Origin: Klebsiella pneumoniae
GTDB lineage: Bacteria; Myxococcota_A; UBA796; SXON01
Length of the DNA stretch: 64,000 nt
Direction: 5' to 3'
Assembly: GCA_945862325.1 (NCBI GenBank)
Contig: CAMAXZ010000012.1
Span: 1-64,000 of the forward strand
Shown here: piece after piece, positions 18,544 through 28,323 of the stretch
How positions within the stretch are numbered: position 1 is the first letter of the stretch
Layout of the letters: every line of letters starts with the position of its first letter
The notes under the pieces: model-generated
What the model saw: the letters and a program-made list of their open reading frames with translations, nothing else
Databases searched by the model: none
What the model was told of the DNA's origin: nothing
Made by a program: the position numbers and the translations under genes

Positions 18544-20651
18544 CGGAGCACCTGCGCCTGCGCCACGTACAGGCTCCCCGGCCCCTCGAGCGCCACCGCA
18601 CCCTCGACCGGCACGTGAATCCACCGCCACTCCTCCGGATCCACGTCCGGAACGAACGAGGTGGAGCCCGAACGGACCGAGAGCGCGACCTCGCCGTCCA
18701 CCCCGCGTACCCACATCGCCACCTCACGCCCGTCGTCCGCGAGCGTGACCCGCGCGCCCGCGGCGAGGCGCAGCGGCCGCGACGACGCGTCGATCGGCAG
18801 CCGCGCCGACGCCGTCGCGGACGGGCTCCACGTCCAATGCCGCCCCCGGTCCGTCCAGAGCGCGCGCATGTCGTAGATCTCCGCCTCTTCGTCGGCGAGC
18901 GCGGCCGGGCCGAACACCGTCCGGAGGAGGTCGCGCATCGGCTCCGCCACCCGGTCGGCGTCGCCCGCGCGGGAGGCGTCCAGCGCGGCGCCGACGTGAA
19001 CGCGCCGATGTACCACGAGATATCGAAAACCGTCGTCGACGAGCGCGCCGATGTCGGCGTCGGAGAACGACCACGGCGGGGCCCTCCGCCCCGCGTCCAG
19101 AAGCGCCGTCGCGAAGCGATTTCCGAGGACGTAGGTTCGGAACGTCAGCAGATCCGTGCGCCGGATGAGCTGATTGCAGTTCAACAGCGGCTTCCGGTGG
19201 ACGATCTGGTGGTACTGCAACCGGGCGTTCGCCACCGTCAGCGGCTGGTAGTGCAGCGGCAGCTCGATGACCGCCCCCTCCGGAAGATCGCGGAGCGCCG
19301 CGTAGATCGCCGGCACCCCGGCGTCGGCGAGCGGTCGTAGGCCCGGGCGCTCGCCGGCCCAGAAAGGCTGCGTGAACGCCACTACGCCGAACAGCGCGAC
19401 GAGCGCGGTCCCGCGCCGCGCCAGGAGGACGGGCACGCCGGCGGACGCCGCGGCCGCGAGGGCCGTGAGCGCGACGACGCCGATCCGATACGGTCGGTAG
19501 GCCTTCGAGAAGAAGGGGATCCAGGTGTAGGCGAAGGCGTACGGCAGCGGCCAGGACGCGGACCAGGCCGGGAGCGGCGGCGCCTCGACCGTCATCCAGG
19601 GGCCGAGGGTCAGCAGGGTCGCCACCGCCGCGATCGCGAGCCACCCCAGGGCCCGACGGCCCGCGGCCGCGGCGCCCGCGACGCCCAGGATCCACGCCAG
19701 CGCCCCCGGAGTGCTGCCGAGGGGGTTCGTGGTGTACCGACCGGTCAACACCGCGGTGAGCGGGGTCTGGTTCTGGACCACCTGCAGGGCGTCGACCCGC
19801 TCCAGCAGCGCCGCGTCGAGATCTTCGAGGGGGATCGTGCCGTCAGAGAATTCGCGGGCCTCGCGGGCGACCCCGCGATCCGCGAACAAGTCCGCGGTGA
19901 TCGGCGGGCGCGTGGGGGTCTCGCGGCGCACGAGCGGCACGAGCGGGGCGTCGAGGAGCCCGGCCACGGCGAACGTCGCGAACAGCCCGAGCGCGGTGCG
20001 GCGCTGGCCGAGCGCCGCCACCCAGAGCGCGAACATCACGCCGAAGATGCCGGCGAACACCGTGTAGTACCAGTTGAACGGGCCGATGACGGCGAGGATC
20101 ACCGTGGCCGCGAGGGCGCGAGCCGGCGTCGGCCGGCGGGTGTACCGGAGCAACGCCCACGCGTGCAGGGGCAAGAGGCCCGCGGCGACGAGCTCCACGC
20201 AGCCCGCCGCCCCTTCGCCGTAGAGGTACGGGCTCGTCGCGAACACGAACCCGGCGACGAACCCCGCGCGGTGACTCCCGGCGAGCTCGCGCCCGAACAG
20301 GTGCGCGGCGAGCGCGCTCGTCCAGGTCCCGAAGAAGAGGAGCAGGTTGTACGCCAGGACGAGCGGGACGCCGAGGCGCATCGCCAGCACGCCGACGAGC
20401 TGCAGGGCCGCGTGCCCGAAGCTCCACAGGTTGTAGCCGACCGGGAAGAGGATGCGGTCCGTGTGGGCTCTCAGGGCCCCGGCGGCGAGGCGGTCGTCGA
20501 GGTGCCACATCAGCCAGAGGGTCGTCCACGCGTCGAAGCGGTCGCCCCACACGTGCGTCGATGCGTGGAGCGGGAGGGGCGCCCAGAAGACCAGCGCGCC
20601 CACGAGGTAGACCGCCGCGACTCCGAGCCACCCGCGGACGGCGCGAGACAT
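18540..20651 (-). CDS. Large polytopic integral membrane protein, paralog 2 (~700 aa).
   Basis: Start at MSRAVRGWLGVAAVYLVGAL; the upstream Arg-rich extension is spurious. Multi-TM throughout. Motif HVWGDRFDAWTTLWLMWHLDD parallels NDVWNHVWGFGFV in paralog 3. Confidence 0.65.
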   Translation of the reverse strand: MSRAVRGWLGVAAVYLVGALVFWAPLPLHASTHVWGDRFDAWTTLWLMWHLDDRLAAGALRAHTDRILFPVGYNLWSFGHAALQLVGVLAMRLGVPLVLAYNLLLFFGTWTSALAAHLFGRELAGSHRAGFVAGFVFATSPYLYGEGAAGCVELVAAGLLPLHAWALLRYTRRPTPARALAATVILAVIGPFNWYYTVFAGIFGVMFALWVAALGQRRTALGLFATFAVAGLLDAPLVPLVRRETPTRPPITADLFADRGVAREAREFSDGTIPLEDLDAALLERVDALQVVQNQTPLTAVLTGRYTTNPLGSTPGALAWILGVAGAAAAGRRALGWLAIAAVATLLTLGPWMTVEAPPLPAWSASWPLPYAFAYTWIPFFSKAYRPYRIGVVALTALAAAASAGVPVLLARRGTALVALFGVVAFTQPFWAGERPGLRPLADAGVPAIYAALRDLPEGAVIELPLHYQPLTVANARLQYHQIVHRKPLLNCNQLIRRTDLLTFRTYVLGNRFATALLDAGRRAPPWSFSDADIGALVDDGFRYLVVHRRVHVGAALDASRAGDADRVAEPMRDLLRTVFGPAALADEEAEIYDMRALWTDRGRHWTWSPSATASARLPIDASSRPLRLAAGARVTLADDGREVAMWVRGVDGEVALSVRSGSTSFVPDVDPEEWRWIHVPVEGAVALEGPGSLYVAQAQVLR

Positions 20652-20674
20652 CGCCCCATGGTATCCATCCGGCC

Positions 20675-21934
20675 GTGGCGCTGCTCCTCTGGATCTCCAC
20701 CGCTCTCGCCGAGGTGCCCGTCCGCGTGGCGCCCGGGGACGTCGCGAGCGCGCTCGTGCTCGTCGAGTCGAAGCACGGCGGCGTCGTGGCGCTCTCCTGC
20801 GCGGATGGCGCACCGCCGGACGACCGGGCCGACGGCATCTGGGCGTGCGGCGACGTCGACGCCGCGCCCGAGGCGGCGGTGGTGCTCGTCGACGAGCGGG
20901 GGGCCACCGAGGCGGGGACGTGGGGCGGCGGCGCGGCGATCGTGGTCGTGCGGAGCGGCGGGTCCGTCGTGGTGGCCTCGGACACGGGGCTGCTGCCGTC
21001 GCCGCGGTCGGACGCGCCGATCCGGGAGGCCGGCGCGTGGGTCGCGGCGCGGGTGACGAGCCCGGGGGGCCCCGACCGCGCGCCGGCGATCCAGCTCGGC
21101 GCGGACGGTCGCACCGCGGAGCTTCGGTGCCGCGACGACGGCGGCGCCGGGGACGAGTCCCGCAACGACGGCGTGCACGGGTGCCTGGGACTCCGGCCGG
21201 CGGACACCGTGGCGGTCACCGTCGACGGGCAGCCCATGGGCTCGGCGACGTTCTCCCCGGGTGAACTTGGCTTTCTCTCCGTGGACGGCCCGGAGCGGAG
21301 CGTGTCGACCACCGCCTTCACCCTCCGCCTCGCGGCGGACGCCCCGGACGCGGAGGCGCCCGCACCGCCCCCGGCGTCGGGAGGGCCGACCCCTGACGCG
21401 CCGGCGCGCACCGCCCCGGGGCTCTGGGGCGGCCTGTCTCTCGCCGCCGTCGTGGCCGCCTTCGCCGCCGGCCGGGCGTCACGCACGGCGCCGCGCCTGC
21501 CGAAGGGGCTCGACGCCCGCCCCGCGCCCCTGATCCCAGGCGGGCCGCCCGTCGGCGGGCCGCCGGTCACGATCCTCGCGCGCGACCCCGACGCCGCGTT
21601 CGCCACGGTCGCCGACGCCCTGAGCCGCGCCCACCGGGTCCTGGTCGTGCCCGCGCCCGGCCGGCCGGTCCCCGCCACGCCGGGCATCCCGGTGTGGATC
21701 GCGACCGAGCGCGATCAACAGGCCGTCGCGCGCATCGCGGCCGCGTTCGCACGGCTCCCCGGGGCGCCGCCTGCGGTCGTCGTGATCGGCGTCGACACGC
21801 TCGCCGACCCCGCGGGCATCGTCGGCGACGCCCCGGCGGCGCTCGCCCGCGGCCTCGGGCGCGCGACGCCCCTCGTGCTGCTGTCACCTCTGGGGGCGGC
21901 TTCGCCCTTCCCAACCTTCGAGCTCCCCGAATGA
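20675..21934 (+). CDS. Exported protein with a single TM and a cytoplasmic C-domain; function unknown. Start is uncertain because it lies only ~23 bp from the divergent gene.
   Basis: GTG gives signal VALLLWISTALAEV. TM LWGGLSLAAVVAAFAAG. The opposite-strand ORF 19843..21687 is Arg/Ser-rich junk. Confidence 0.5.
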   Translation: MALLLWISTALAEVPVRVAPGDVASALVLVESKHGGVVALSCADGAPPDDRADGIWACGDVDAAPEAAVVLVDERGATEAGTWGGGAAIVVVRSGGSVVVASDTGLLPSPRSDAPIREAGAWVAARVTSPGGPDRAPAIQLGADGRTAELRCRDDGGAGDESRNDGVHGCLGLRPADTVAVTVDGQPMGSATFSPGELGFLSVDGPERSVSTTAFTLRLAADAPDAEAPAPPPASGGPTPDAPARTAPGLWGGLSLAAVVAAFAAGRASRTAPRLPKGLDARPAPLIPGGPPVGGPPVTILARDPDAAFATVADALSRAHRVLVVPAPGRPVPATPGIPVWIATERDQQAVARIAAAFARLPGAPPAVVVIGVDTLADPAGIVGDAPAALARGLGRATPLVLLSPLGAASPFPTFELPE

Positions 21935-22353
21935 CGAACACGGACGTAGAGTCCGCCCTCGGCGAGGCGTACACGCGCGCGTGGGTCGAGGTCGCGCTGC
22001 CCGGCCGCGACGTCCACCTCCCGCCGATCGCCAGCGGGCTCCGCGCGCCGCTGCCGGCGCCCCTGCGCCCCTTCGCGACGATCGTCACCGCCTACAACCC
22101 GATGAGCGCGCCTCGGCCCGCGGCTGAGAACCTATGGAGGAACACCGCGCTCGGCGCCACCCTCCGCGCGGCGGGGTTCGTGGCCTACCCGGCCCTGGGG
22201 CGCGACGCCGAGCGCTCGTGGGTCGAGCCGTCCTTCGCCGTGGTCGGCGCGCCGGTCGCCGCGGTGCGACTGCTCGCGCGCCGCTGGGGACAAGCGGCGA
22301 TCTACGTCGTCGACGACGACGGGCTCCACCTCCGTTGGTGCGCGGGGGCATGA
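21931..22353 (+). CDS. DUF3293 family protein.
   Basis: MTNTDVESALGEAYTRAWVEVALPGRDVHL... was recognised from memory as a DUF3293-like small protein. ATG overlaps the upstream stop (ATGA). Confidence 0.55.
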   Translation: MTNTDVESALGEAYTRAWVEVALPGRDVHLPPIASGLRAPLPAPLRPFATIVTAYNPMSAPRPAAENLWRNTALGATLRAAGFVAYPALGRDAERSWVEPSFAVVGAPVAAVRLLARRWGQAAIYVVDDDGLHLRWCAGA

Positions 22354-23330
22354 GCCGCGCGGGACGCCGCGGCCGTGGCCTTCGGATCGCGTTCGGGCTG
22401 TTCGCGGCGGCGCTCCTCGTCGTGGCGGCCGAGGCGGGCCTGCGCGTCGCGGGCGTCGAGCCCTCCGGCTTCGTGTACCCCCGCCCGGAAGGATGGCGCC
22501 TGCCGCCGGAGGAGCGTCGCCGCGTCGATCAGCCCGATCCGCAGCCGGACTTCGACGTGCACACGAACGTCGACGGCCTCCGCAGCCCCCTCGGCCGCGC
22601 GCCACGCCCGGGCGTGCGGCGGGCCGGCGTGGTGGGGGACTCGACGGTGTTCGGATGGGGGGTCGACGAGGCGGACGCGCTCCCGGCGCGGCTCGCGGAG
22701 GCCCTCGGCGCGGGCTGGGAGGTGCTCAACGGAGGCCAGCCGGGCTACAGCTCCGAGCAGATCCTCCGGCTCGTCGACCGCGTGATCGCGAGCTACTCCC
22801 TCGATGATCTGGTGGTGGTCTGCCCCATGCACGATCTGCTCGACGCGGACCGACCCGACGCCGAGTGGCTCGACGACACCCCGCTCGCGCCGCTCGAGTG
22901 GCTTCGCGTGAACTCGTCGTTGTACCGGGCGATCCGCGGGGCGCGCGAGGAGGCCCGCGCGAACGGCCCGGGCCCTCGCCGCCCGCCGGCGAACCCCGAC
23001 GATCCCGACCGGGTCACGCGGGTCCCGCCGGCTCGGCGCGCGGAGGTCCGCGCCGCGTTGGTCGCGCGGGTGGCACCGGCGCGGGTTTGGTTCACGGTGC
23101 TGCCGTCCGACCACGACCTTCGGCGCGGCCCGGGCCCGCAGAACGCGATGGCGCGGGAGGTGTCGACGTGGGCGGCCACCGCCGGCGCGCGGTTCATCGA
23201 CCTCTCCCGGGCCTTTCCGGCCGGCACCGCCGTCGAGGACGTGACGCTTCCCGGCGACACGGGGCACTACAACCGCGCTGGCTCGGATCGCATCGCCGCC
23301 GTGATCGCCGCGGCGCTCGGCGCCGAATGA
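22350..23330 (+). CDS. Membrane-anchored SGNH/GDSL-family hydrolase (paralog a).
   Basis: N-terminal TM RIAFGLFAAALLVVAAEAGL. GDS block VVGDSTVFGWGV. ATG overlaps the upstream stop. Confidence 0.7.
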   Translation: MSRAGRRGRGLRIAFGLFAAALLVVAAEAGLRVAGVEPSGFVYPRPEGWRLPPEERRRVDQPDPQPDFDVHTNVDGLRSPLGRAPRPGVRRAGVVGDSTVFGWGVDEADALPARLAEALGAGWEVLNGGQPGYSSEQILRLVDRVIASYSLDDLVVVCPMHDLLDADRPDAEWLDDTPLAPLEWLRVNSSLYRAIRGAREEARANGPGPRRPPANPDDPDRVTRVPPARRAEVRAALVARVAPARVWFTVLPSDHDLRRGPGPQNAMAREVSTWAATAGARFIDLSRAFPAGTAVEDVTLPGDTGHYNRAGSDRIAAVIAAALGAE

Positions 23331-24436
23331 CCCCCCGCTCGCGTCGCCGCGTGGGCTTCCGGATCGCGGCGAGCCTCCTCGTCCTGGTCGTCGTGCTCGC
23401 CGGCGCGGAGGCGCTCGCGCGCACGCTCGACGCGCCGCAGCTCCCGCGTTGGCGCGTGGTCGATCGCCCGGGGATGGTGCTCGCGGGCCACCCGACGCGC
23501 CTGTGGGGGCTGCGACCGGGGCGGGCGTTCCAGGGCAGCGCGGAGGTGGAGATCAACGATCTCGGCTTGCGCGGGCCTTCCGTCGGTCCGAAGCGAGGGC
23601 CGCGCGTGCTCGTCCTCGGCGACAGCTCATGGTTCGGCCACGGCGTGGCGGACGGCGACACCTTCCCGGCGCAGCTCGGGGCGTCGCTCGCGGGCACCGA
23701 GGTGATCAACGGCGGAGTTCCCGGGTATTCGACCGAGCAGTCCCTGCTGCTGCTCGACGAGGTCGGCTGGTCGCTCGGGCCCGACCTGCTGGTGGTCGGC
23801 AGCTTGTGGAGCGACAACAACTACGACGGACAGCCGGATCGCGGGCTCCTCGCGCGCGCGCGCGTCACGACGAGCCCCTTCGCGTGGAGCCGCGCGTACG
23901 TCCTCCTCGCGATCGCCGTGGACCGCGCGCGGGGCGGCAGCGGCGCGCAGGTCGTCGACTACACGCGGGCGTCGGGTCAGGGCGCCGGCCCGCGCCGAGT
24001 CCCGGTGCGCGAGTACGCCGAGAACCTCGATCGCATCGCACGGGAGGCGACGGGGCGGGGAGTCGGCGTGATGCTCGTCGCGCCGGCGAACCGCGAGCGC
24101 GCGGGGGAGCGTCGCGACGGTTCTCCCTCGTGGGAGGTGTACTTCGCCGCGCAGGCGGCGGTCGCGGACCACCACGGCCTGCCGCGGGTCGACCTCGCCG
24201 ACGTGCTCCGGGCGGCCCCGCCGGGCGACCCCCTCTTCGTGGACGTGATGCACCCGTCGGCCCGCGGCCACGCCCTGGCCGCCGCGGCCGTCGCGTCGAG
24301 GCTCCTCGCCGAGGGTTGGCCGGCCTCGCGCCCCATCGCGCGCGGCGGCCCGTTCGACGCGGCGGGGCTCGTCGACCGGTCGCCCGTCGGCGCGGCGGGC
24401 CCGGAGTCGCTGCAGGACAACCTCGACGGGGGCTGA
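23327..24436 (+). CDS. Membrane-anchored SGNH/GDSL-family hydrolase (paralog b, in tandem).
   Basis: TM FRIAASLLVLVVVLAGAEAL. VLVLGDSSWFGHGVADGDTF...INGGVPGYSTEQ...LLVVGSLWSDNN. ATG overlaps the upstream stop. Confidence 0.7.
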   Translation: MTPRSRRRVGFRIAASLLVLVVVLAGAEALARTLDAPQLPRWRVVDRPGMVLAGHPTRLWGLRPGRAFQGSAEVEINDLGLRGPSVGPKRGPRVLVLGDSSWFGHGVADGDTFPAQLGASLAGTEVINGGVPGYSTEQSLLLLDEVGWSLGPDLLVVGSLWSDNNYDGQPDRGLLARARVTTSPFAWSRAYVLLAIAVDRARGGSGAQVVDYTRASGQGAGPRRVPVREYAENLDRIAREATGRGVGVMLVAPANRERAGERRDGSPSWEVYFAAQAAVADHHGLPRVDLADVLRAAPPGDPLFVDVMHPSARGHALAAAAVASRLLAEGWPASRPIARGGPFDAAGLVDRSPVGAAGPESLQDNLDGG

Positions 24437-24500
24437 CGCGCCGAGGGCGCCTCCGGACGATCGAGCAGCGCCCCGCCCCCCGTTCGGATTAGCCTCGCGC

Positions 24501-26150
24501 ATGGCGCGCGCCCGACGCAGAGCCCGACGCATCGCCCTGATCGCGGGCGCCAGCCTGCTCGCGATCGGCGCGGGCGCGTGGTGGGCGTCGCGCGGCCCGG
24601 CTCCGGGAAAGTCCGCGGGCACCACCGTCGCCGTGAAGGCGCCGGCGCCGCACGTCGTCGGGGCCCGCGGGGCGGTCGTCGTCACGGCGGCGTCGCCCAC
24701 CGACGTGGAGCCGACCGAGGACGCCGTGTGCAAGGGCTGCGACGTGGTGCTGATCACCGTGTGCTCCTTGCGGCGCGACCACGTCGGCCCCTGGCGCGAC
24801 GGCGCGCCGTCGCTCACCCCGCGCCTGGACGCCGTAGCCGCCGAGGCGTTCCGCTTCGATCGCGCCTACGCCGCCTCGAACTTCACCCTCGCCGGCCTCA
24901 CGGCGGTGCTCACGGCCCGCTTCGGCAGCAGCACGGGGGTGACCGGCTGGGACAAGGGGCTCGTCGACGGCATCCCGACCCTGCCGGAGGTCCTCGGCCA
25001 CTACGGGTACCGCACCGCCGCGTTCACGATCGACGCGGCCTCCGGGTTCCGCCCTGACTACGGCCTCGATCGCGGGTTCTCCCACATGGAGATCATCCCG
25101 CCGCCGCGGCTCACTCCGGACGGGCGGCTCGGGCCGGACGCCGCCGACGAAGGCCCGGGGGCCTCGGCCGCGCCCGCCGCCGCCTGGATCGCCGCACAGG
25201 GCGCGGATCAGCCGATCTTCGCGATGTTCCACTCCCGAACGGCGCACTTCCCGTTCGTGGTGGAGCGGCCGGGCGACGACCCGACCGGCATCCTCACCGG
25301 GCTTTGGGAGGCGGGGCAACAGAAGCGGAGCGGGGGCGCCCTGCCGGGCGTCGCCGGAGGCACCGCCCAGCGCGGCGTGGTCGCGCCGTTCGCCCAGGAC
25401 CCGCTCCAGACCTTGATGGACGCGACGGGGGAGGCCGGCGCACGGGTCTGGCGGGCCGCCTACGCCGACGCCGTCGCGCGCATGGACGCCGACATCGGGC
25501 GCGTGCTCGACGCGGTGGAGGCCCGCGGACGGCCGACGGTCCTCGCGATCGTGGCGGACCACGGCGAGTCCCTCGACGATCACGGCGAGCTCCTGCACGG
25601 CGACGCCTACTGGGACTCCGTCACGCGGGTGCCTCTGGTGATCCAGATCCCCGGCGTCGCTGCGGGCGCGACCGACGCGCTCGTGAGCCACGTGGACCTC
25701 GCCCCCACCCTGCTCGCGGCCGTGGGCGCGCGCCCCCCGGCAGAGTCCGACGGCGTCTCGCTCTTGCCGCTGATCACCGGCGCGGTCACCGCCGCGCGCG
25801 AGACCACCCTCGTCGAGGGCGGGGTCGCCTGGCGCGCGGACCCGATCCCGCGCGGCGCGGTCATCACTTCACGTTGGGCGTTGCTCCGGCAGGATCGCGG
25901 CTGCGGGCCGGGCGGAAGGGAGCCCCCGCGCGCCCCGGGATCGCCCGCGACCTGCCTCTACGACCTCGACGCCGACCCGCAGCAGACGACCAACGTGTCC
26001 GTCGCGCACCCGGACGTGGTCGAGGAGCTGGTGCGCCGCTGGGACGCGTTCCGCGCGGCGCGAGCCCGAGAAGGCGCGACCTTGAACCTCGATCCCGCGT
26101 ACGTCGAGGAGCTCCGGCGCACGGGCTACGACTTCCGCTCGGGCCCATGA
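24501..26150 (+). CDS. Sulfatase / alkaline-phosphatase-superfamily enzyme, N-terminally membrane-anchored. Non-canonical active-site motif C-S-L-R-R instead of C-x-P-x-R.
   Basis: DVVLITVCSLRRDHVGPW. C-terminal metal-binding block ADHGESLDDHGELLHGDAYWDSVTRVPLVIQIPG is typical of sulfatases, LtaS and EptA-type enzymes. Confidence 0.75.
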   Translation: MARARRRARRIALIAGASLLAIGAGAWWASRGPAPGKSAGTTVAVKAPAPHVVGARGAVVVTAASPTDVEPTEDAVCKGCDVVLITVCSLRRDHVGPWRDGAPSLTPRLDAVAAEAFRFDRAYAASNFTLAGLTAVLTARFGSSTGVTGWDKGLVDGIPTLPEVLGHYGYRTAAFTIDAASGFRPDYGLDRGFSHMEIIPPPRLTPDGRLGPDAADEGPGASAAPAAAWIAAQGADQPIFAMFHSRTAHFPFVVERPGDDPTGILTGLWEAGQQKRSGGALPGVAGGTAQRGVVAPFAQDPLQTLMDATGEAGARVWRAAYADAVARMDADIGRVLDAVEARGRPTVLAIVADHGESLDDHGELLHGDAYWDSVTRVPLVIQIPGVAAGATDALVSHVDLAPTLLAAVGARPPAESDGVSLLPLITGAVTAARETTLVEGGVAWRADPIPRGAVITSRWALLRQDRGCGPGGREPPRAPGSPATCLYDLDADPQQTTNVSVAHPDVVEELVRRWDAFRAARAREGATLNLDPAYVEELRRTGYDFRSGP

Positions 26151-28174
26151 GCCGCGGCGCGCTCGGCGCGTCCGGGGTCGGACGGGGCCTGGGCGTCGTG
26201 GCCGGCGCGGCCCTGGGCGCGGCGCTCGGCGTGGCGTTCGTCGCGTCGCCCGGGCTGGCGGCGCCGACCGCGCTCGACCCCGCCGTGTGGCGCGTGATCG
26301 AGCCCGGACGCGAGGAGCGGCTCCCCGACGCGCGCGGACGCGGCGCGCGCCGGGTGTCCGGAACGATCGTCCTGTCCCCTCACCTCGACGGCCGCGTCGA
26401 CACGATCCTCCCGATCGATCCTCGTTCGTTCGACCGCGTCACCCTCGCCCTCGCCGCCTCGAGCGCCCCCCTCGACCTGCGCGTGCGCGCCGACGGCGTC
26501 ATGCACTTCGTCCGGGTCGCCCCCGACACCTGGGCGCCCGACGGTCAGAGTCCACGCGCGTACACCGCGCCGCTCGTGCTCGATGTCGTCGACGGCGCGT
26601 TGCGGGTGGGCGACACGCTCCTCGCGACCGGTCACGCGTTCGGCGTCGAGCTCGCGTCCGGAGGCGGCGTCGCGCGCATCGCGTCGATCGAGGTCGAAGC
26701 CGCGGGAGAGACGATCGTGCGCGACGGGGGCGCCGTGACGGGGACCGTCGCGGCGGGCGCCGTGGGCGCGGCGCTCGGGGCGCTCGTCGGGGTCGCGGGC
26801 CTCGCACCGGCGCTGATGTTGAGCGTGCCGCTCGCGCTGACCGCGGTGTCCGACGGGGCCTGGATGCTCCTCGCGGAGCGCGCTTACCTCGCGTCGGTCG
26901 CCCCGCACGCGCTCGCCCGCGGGGCGCTCGCCGCGTCGTTCCTGCCGTGGCTCACCGCCCTCGCGGCGGCCTCCGGGCGCGCGCTCCCGACCCCGACGCG
27001 GGCGGCGCGCGTCCACGGGTCGGCGATCGCCGCGTGGGGGGTCGCCGCGACGGTCGCCGCCGCCGTGGGCGCCCGCGGGGCGTGGTCGGACGCCGTGATC
27101 GGGGCGTGCTTCCTGCTGCTCCCGCTCGCGTTCGCCGGCGCGGCCCGGCTCGACCCGCTCGGGCTGCTCGCGCGCGACGCCCCGAGCTTCGTCGCGATCG
27201 CGCTCGTCGGCGTGGGGCCGGGCGCGGCGCTGGCGTGGGCGTGGCGGCTCGCGCTGCTGGTCGGCGGCGCGGCGAACGTGGTGGAACGGGCGCCGTCGGC
27301 GGCGGGAAACGCCCTCGCGGTGTGGGTTTTGCTCCTGCTGCCCGTGGCGGAGCTCGCGGCGCGGGCCGGGCCGCTCGACGAGGCCTGGGACGCGGCCCGC
27401 GTGACCGACGCCGCGTGGGACACGGCGTCGGTGTTCTGGGAGGGGACGTGCGGCCCCGCGGAGGCGCGCCGCGCCGTCGTGTTCGTCGGCGGATCGTCCA
27501 CCGGGGGCGCCTACCAGTTCCGCGGCGAACCGACCGCGTTCTTTCCCGCCCAAGCCCACGCGGGGCTCTGCGCCACCGGTCGCGCGGTCCGCACGGTGAA
27601 CCTCGGCGAGAGCGGTCGCGACACCTTCACCATCGCGCGCACCGCGGCGACCGCGCTCGCTGAGCACCGGCCGGCCGCCGTCGTCGCCTACGTGGGCGTG
27701 AACGACGTCTACACCCTCCTCGGGCCGGCGACGCGGGCCGAGCTCGCCGCCCGCGAGACGTCCGGAGGCCTGCTCGGGGCGCTCACCGCCCCGTCCCGGG
27801 TGCTGACGGGGCTGCGCCTGCTCGCCCGCCCGAGCGCGCAGGGGCACGCCGTGTCCGCCGTGCCGCTCGCCGACGCCGAGGCCAATCTCCGCGCGCTGGC
27901 CGCGGCGTGCGCGCAGCGCGGCACACGTCTGCTCCTGGCGTTGGAGCACACCAGCGCCCAACAGGCCGCCGGCCTGACGGCCTATGGTCACATGTTGTCT
28001 CGCCTCGCGGCAGAGCTGCCGCACGTGGAACACTTCGACGTCGCTCGGGTATTCGAGGGTATGGACGAGGCAGAGGCCCTGGTGGACCGCAATCACCTCT
28101 CGCGCTCCGGAAACGCGCGGCTCGGCGCCGCGCTCGTCGAGCCGCTCGCCGCCGCGGTGGACGGCGCGCCATGA
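26147..28174 (+). CDS. Fusion of a polytopic membrane domain with a C-terminal SGNH-hydrolase-like domain (~675 aa).
   Basis: ATG overlaps the upstream stop. The central region has many TM helices. C-terminal VVFVGGSSTGGAYQF...NLGESGRDTF...VVAYVGVNDVY resembles SGNH blocks I to III. Confidence 0.65.
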   Translation: MSRGALGASGVGRGLGVVAGAALGAALGVAFVASPGLAAPTALDPAVWRVIEPGREERLPDARGRGARRVSGTIVLSPHLDGRVDTILPIDPRSFDRVTLALAASSAPLDLRVRADGVMHFVRVAPDTWAPDGQSPRAYTAPLVLDVVDGALRVGDTLLATGHAFGVELASGGGVARIASIEVEAAGETIVRDGGAVTGTVAAGAVGAALGALVGVAGLAPALMLSVPLALTAVSDGAWMLLAERAYLASVAPHALARGALAASFLPWLTALAAASGRALPTPTRAARVHGSAIAAWGVAATVAAAVGARGAWSDAVIGACFLLLPLAFAGAARLDPLGLLARDAPSFVAIALVGVGPGAALAWAWRLALLVGGAANVVERAPSAAGNALAVWVLLLLPVAELAARAGPLDEAWDAARVTDAAWDTASVFWEGTCGPAEARRAVVFVGGSSTGGAYQFRGEPTAFFPAQAHAGLCATGRAVRTVNLGESGRDTFTIARTAATALAEHRPAAVVAYVGVNDVYTLLGPATRAELAARETSGGLLGALTAPSRVLTGLRLLARPSAQGHAVSAVPLADAEANLRALAAACAQRGTRLLLALEHTSAQQAAGLTAYGHMLSRLAAELPHVEHFDVARVFEGMDEAEALVDRNHLSRSGNARLGAALVEPLAAAVDGAP

Positions 28175-28323
28175 CCCCCGACCGTCGCCCGCCCTGGCTC
28201 CGCCTCGTGCTCGGCTCGGGCTGGCTCGGGCTGCTGGTCATCCTGCTCGGCGTCGCGGTCGTCCTGCTCGTATTGACCCAGGCAAACGCCTACTATCTTC
28301 CACTCGGGTACACCGCCGGTTGA
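28171..28323 (+). CDS. Small 50-aa single-TM protein, overlap-coupled to the upstream gene.
   Basis: ATGA overlap with the upstream stop. WLRLVLGSGWLGLLVILLGVAVVLLVL. Confidence 0.35.
   Translation: MTPDRRPPWLRLVLGSGWLGLLVILLGVAVVLLVLTQANAYYLPLGYTAG

Noticed and set aside
20652-20674. Only a 23-bp divergent intergenic region between the 18540..20651 and 20675..21934 genes.
   Set aside because: Too short for two promoters, so one of the two starts is probably mis-assigned. The plus gene may start at a downstream GTG. I cannot resolve this from sequence alone, so it is not reported as a regulatory feature.
19843-21687. 614-aa minus-strand ORF opposite the 20675..21934 gene.
   Set aside because: Ser/Arg/Ala-rich and featureless. 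The plus-strand product has signal, TM and domain organisation.
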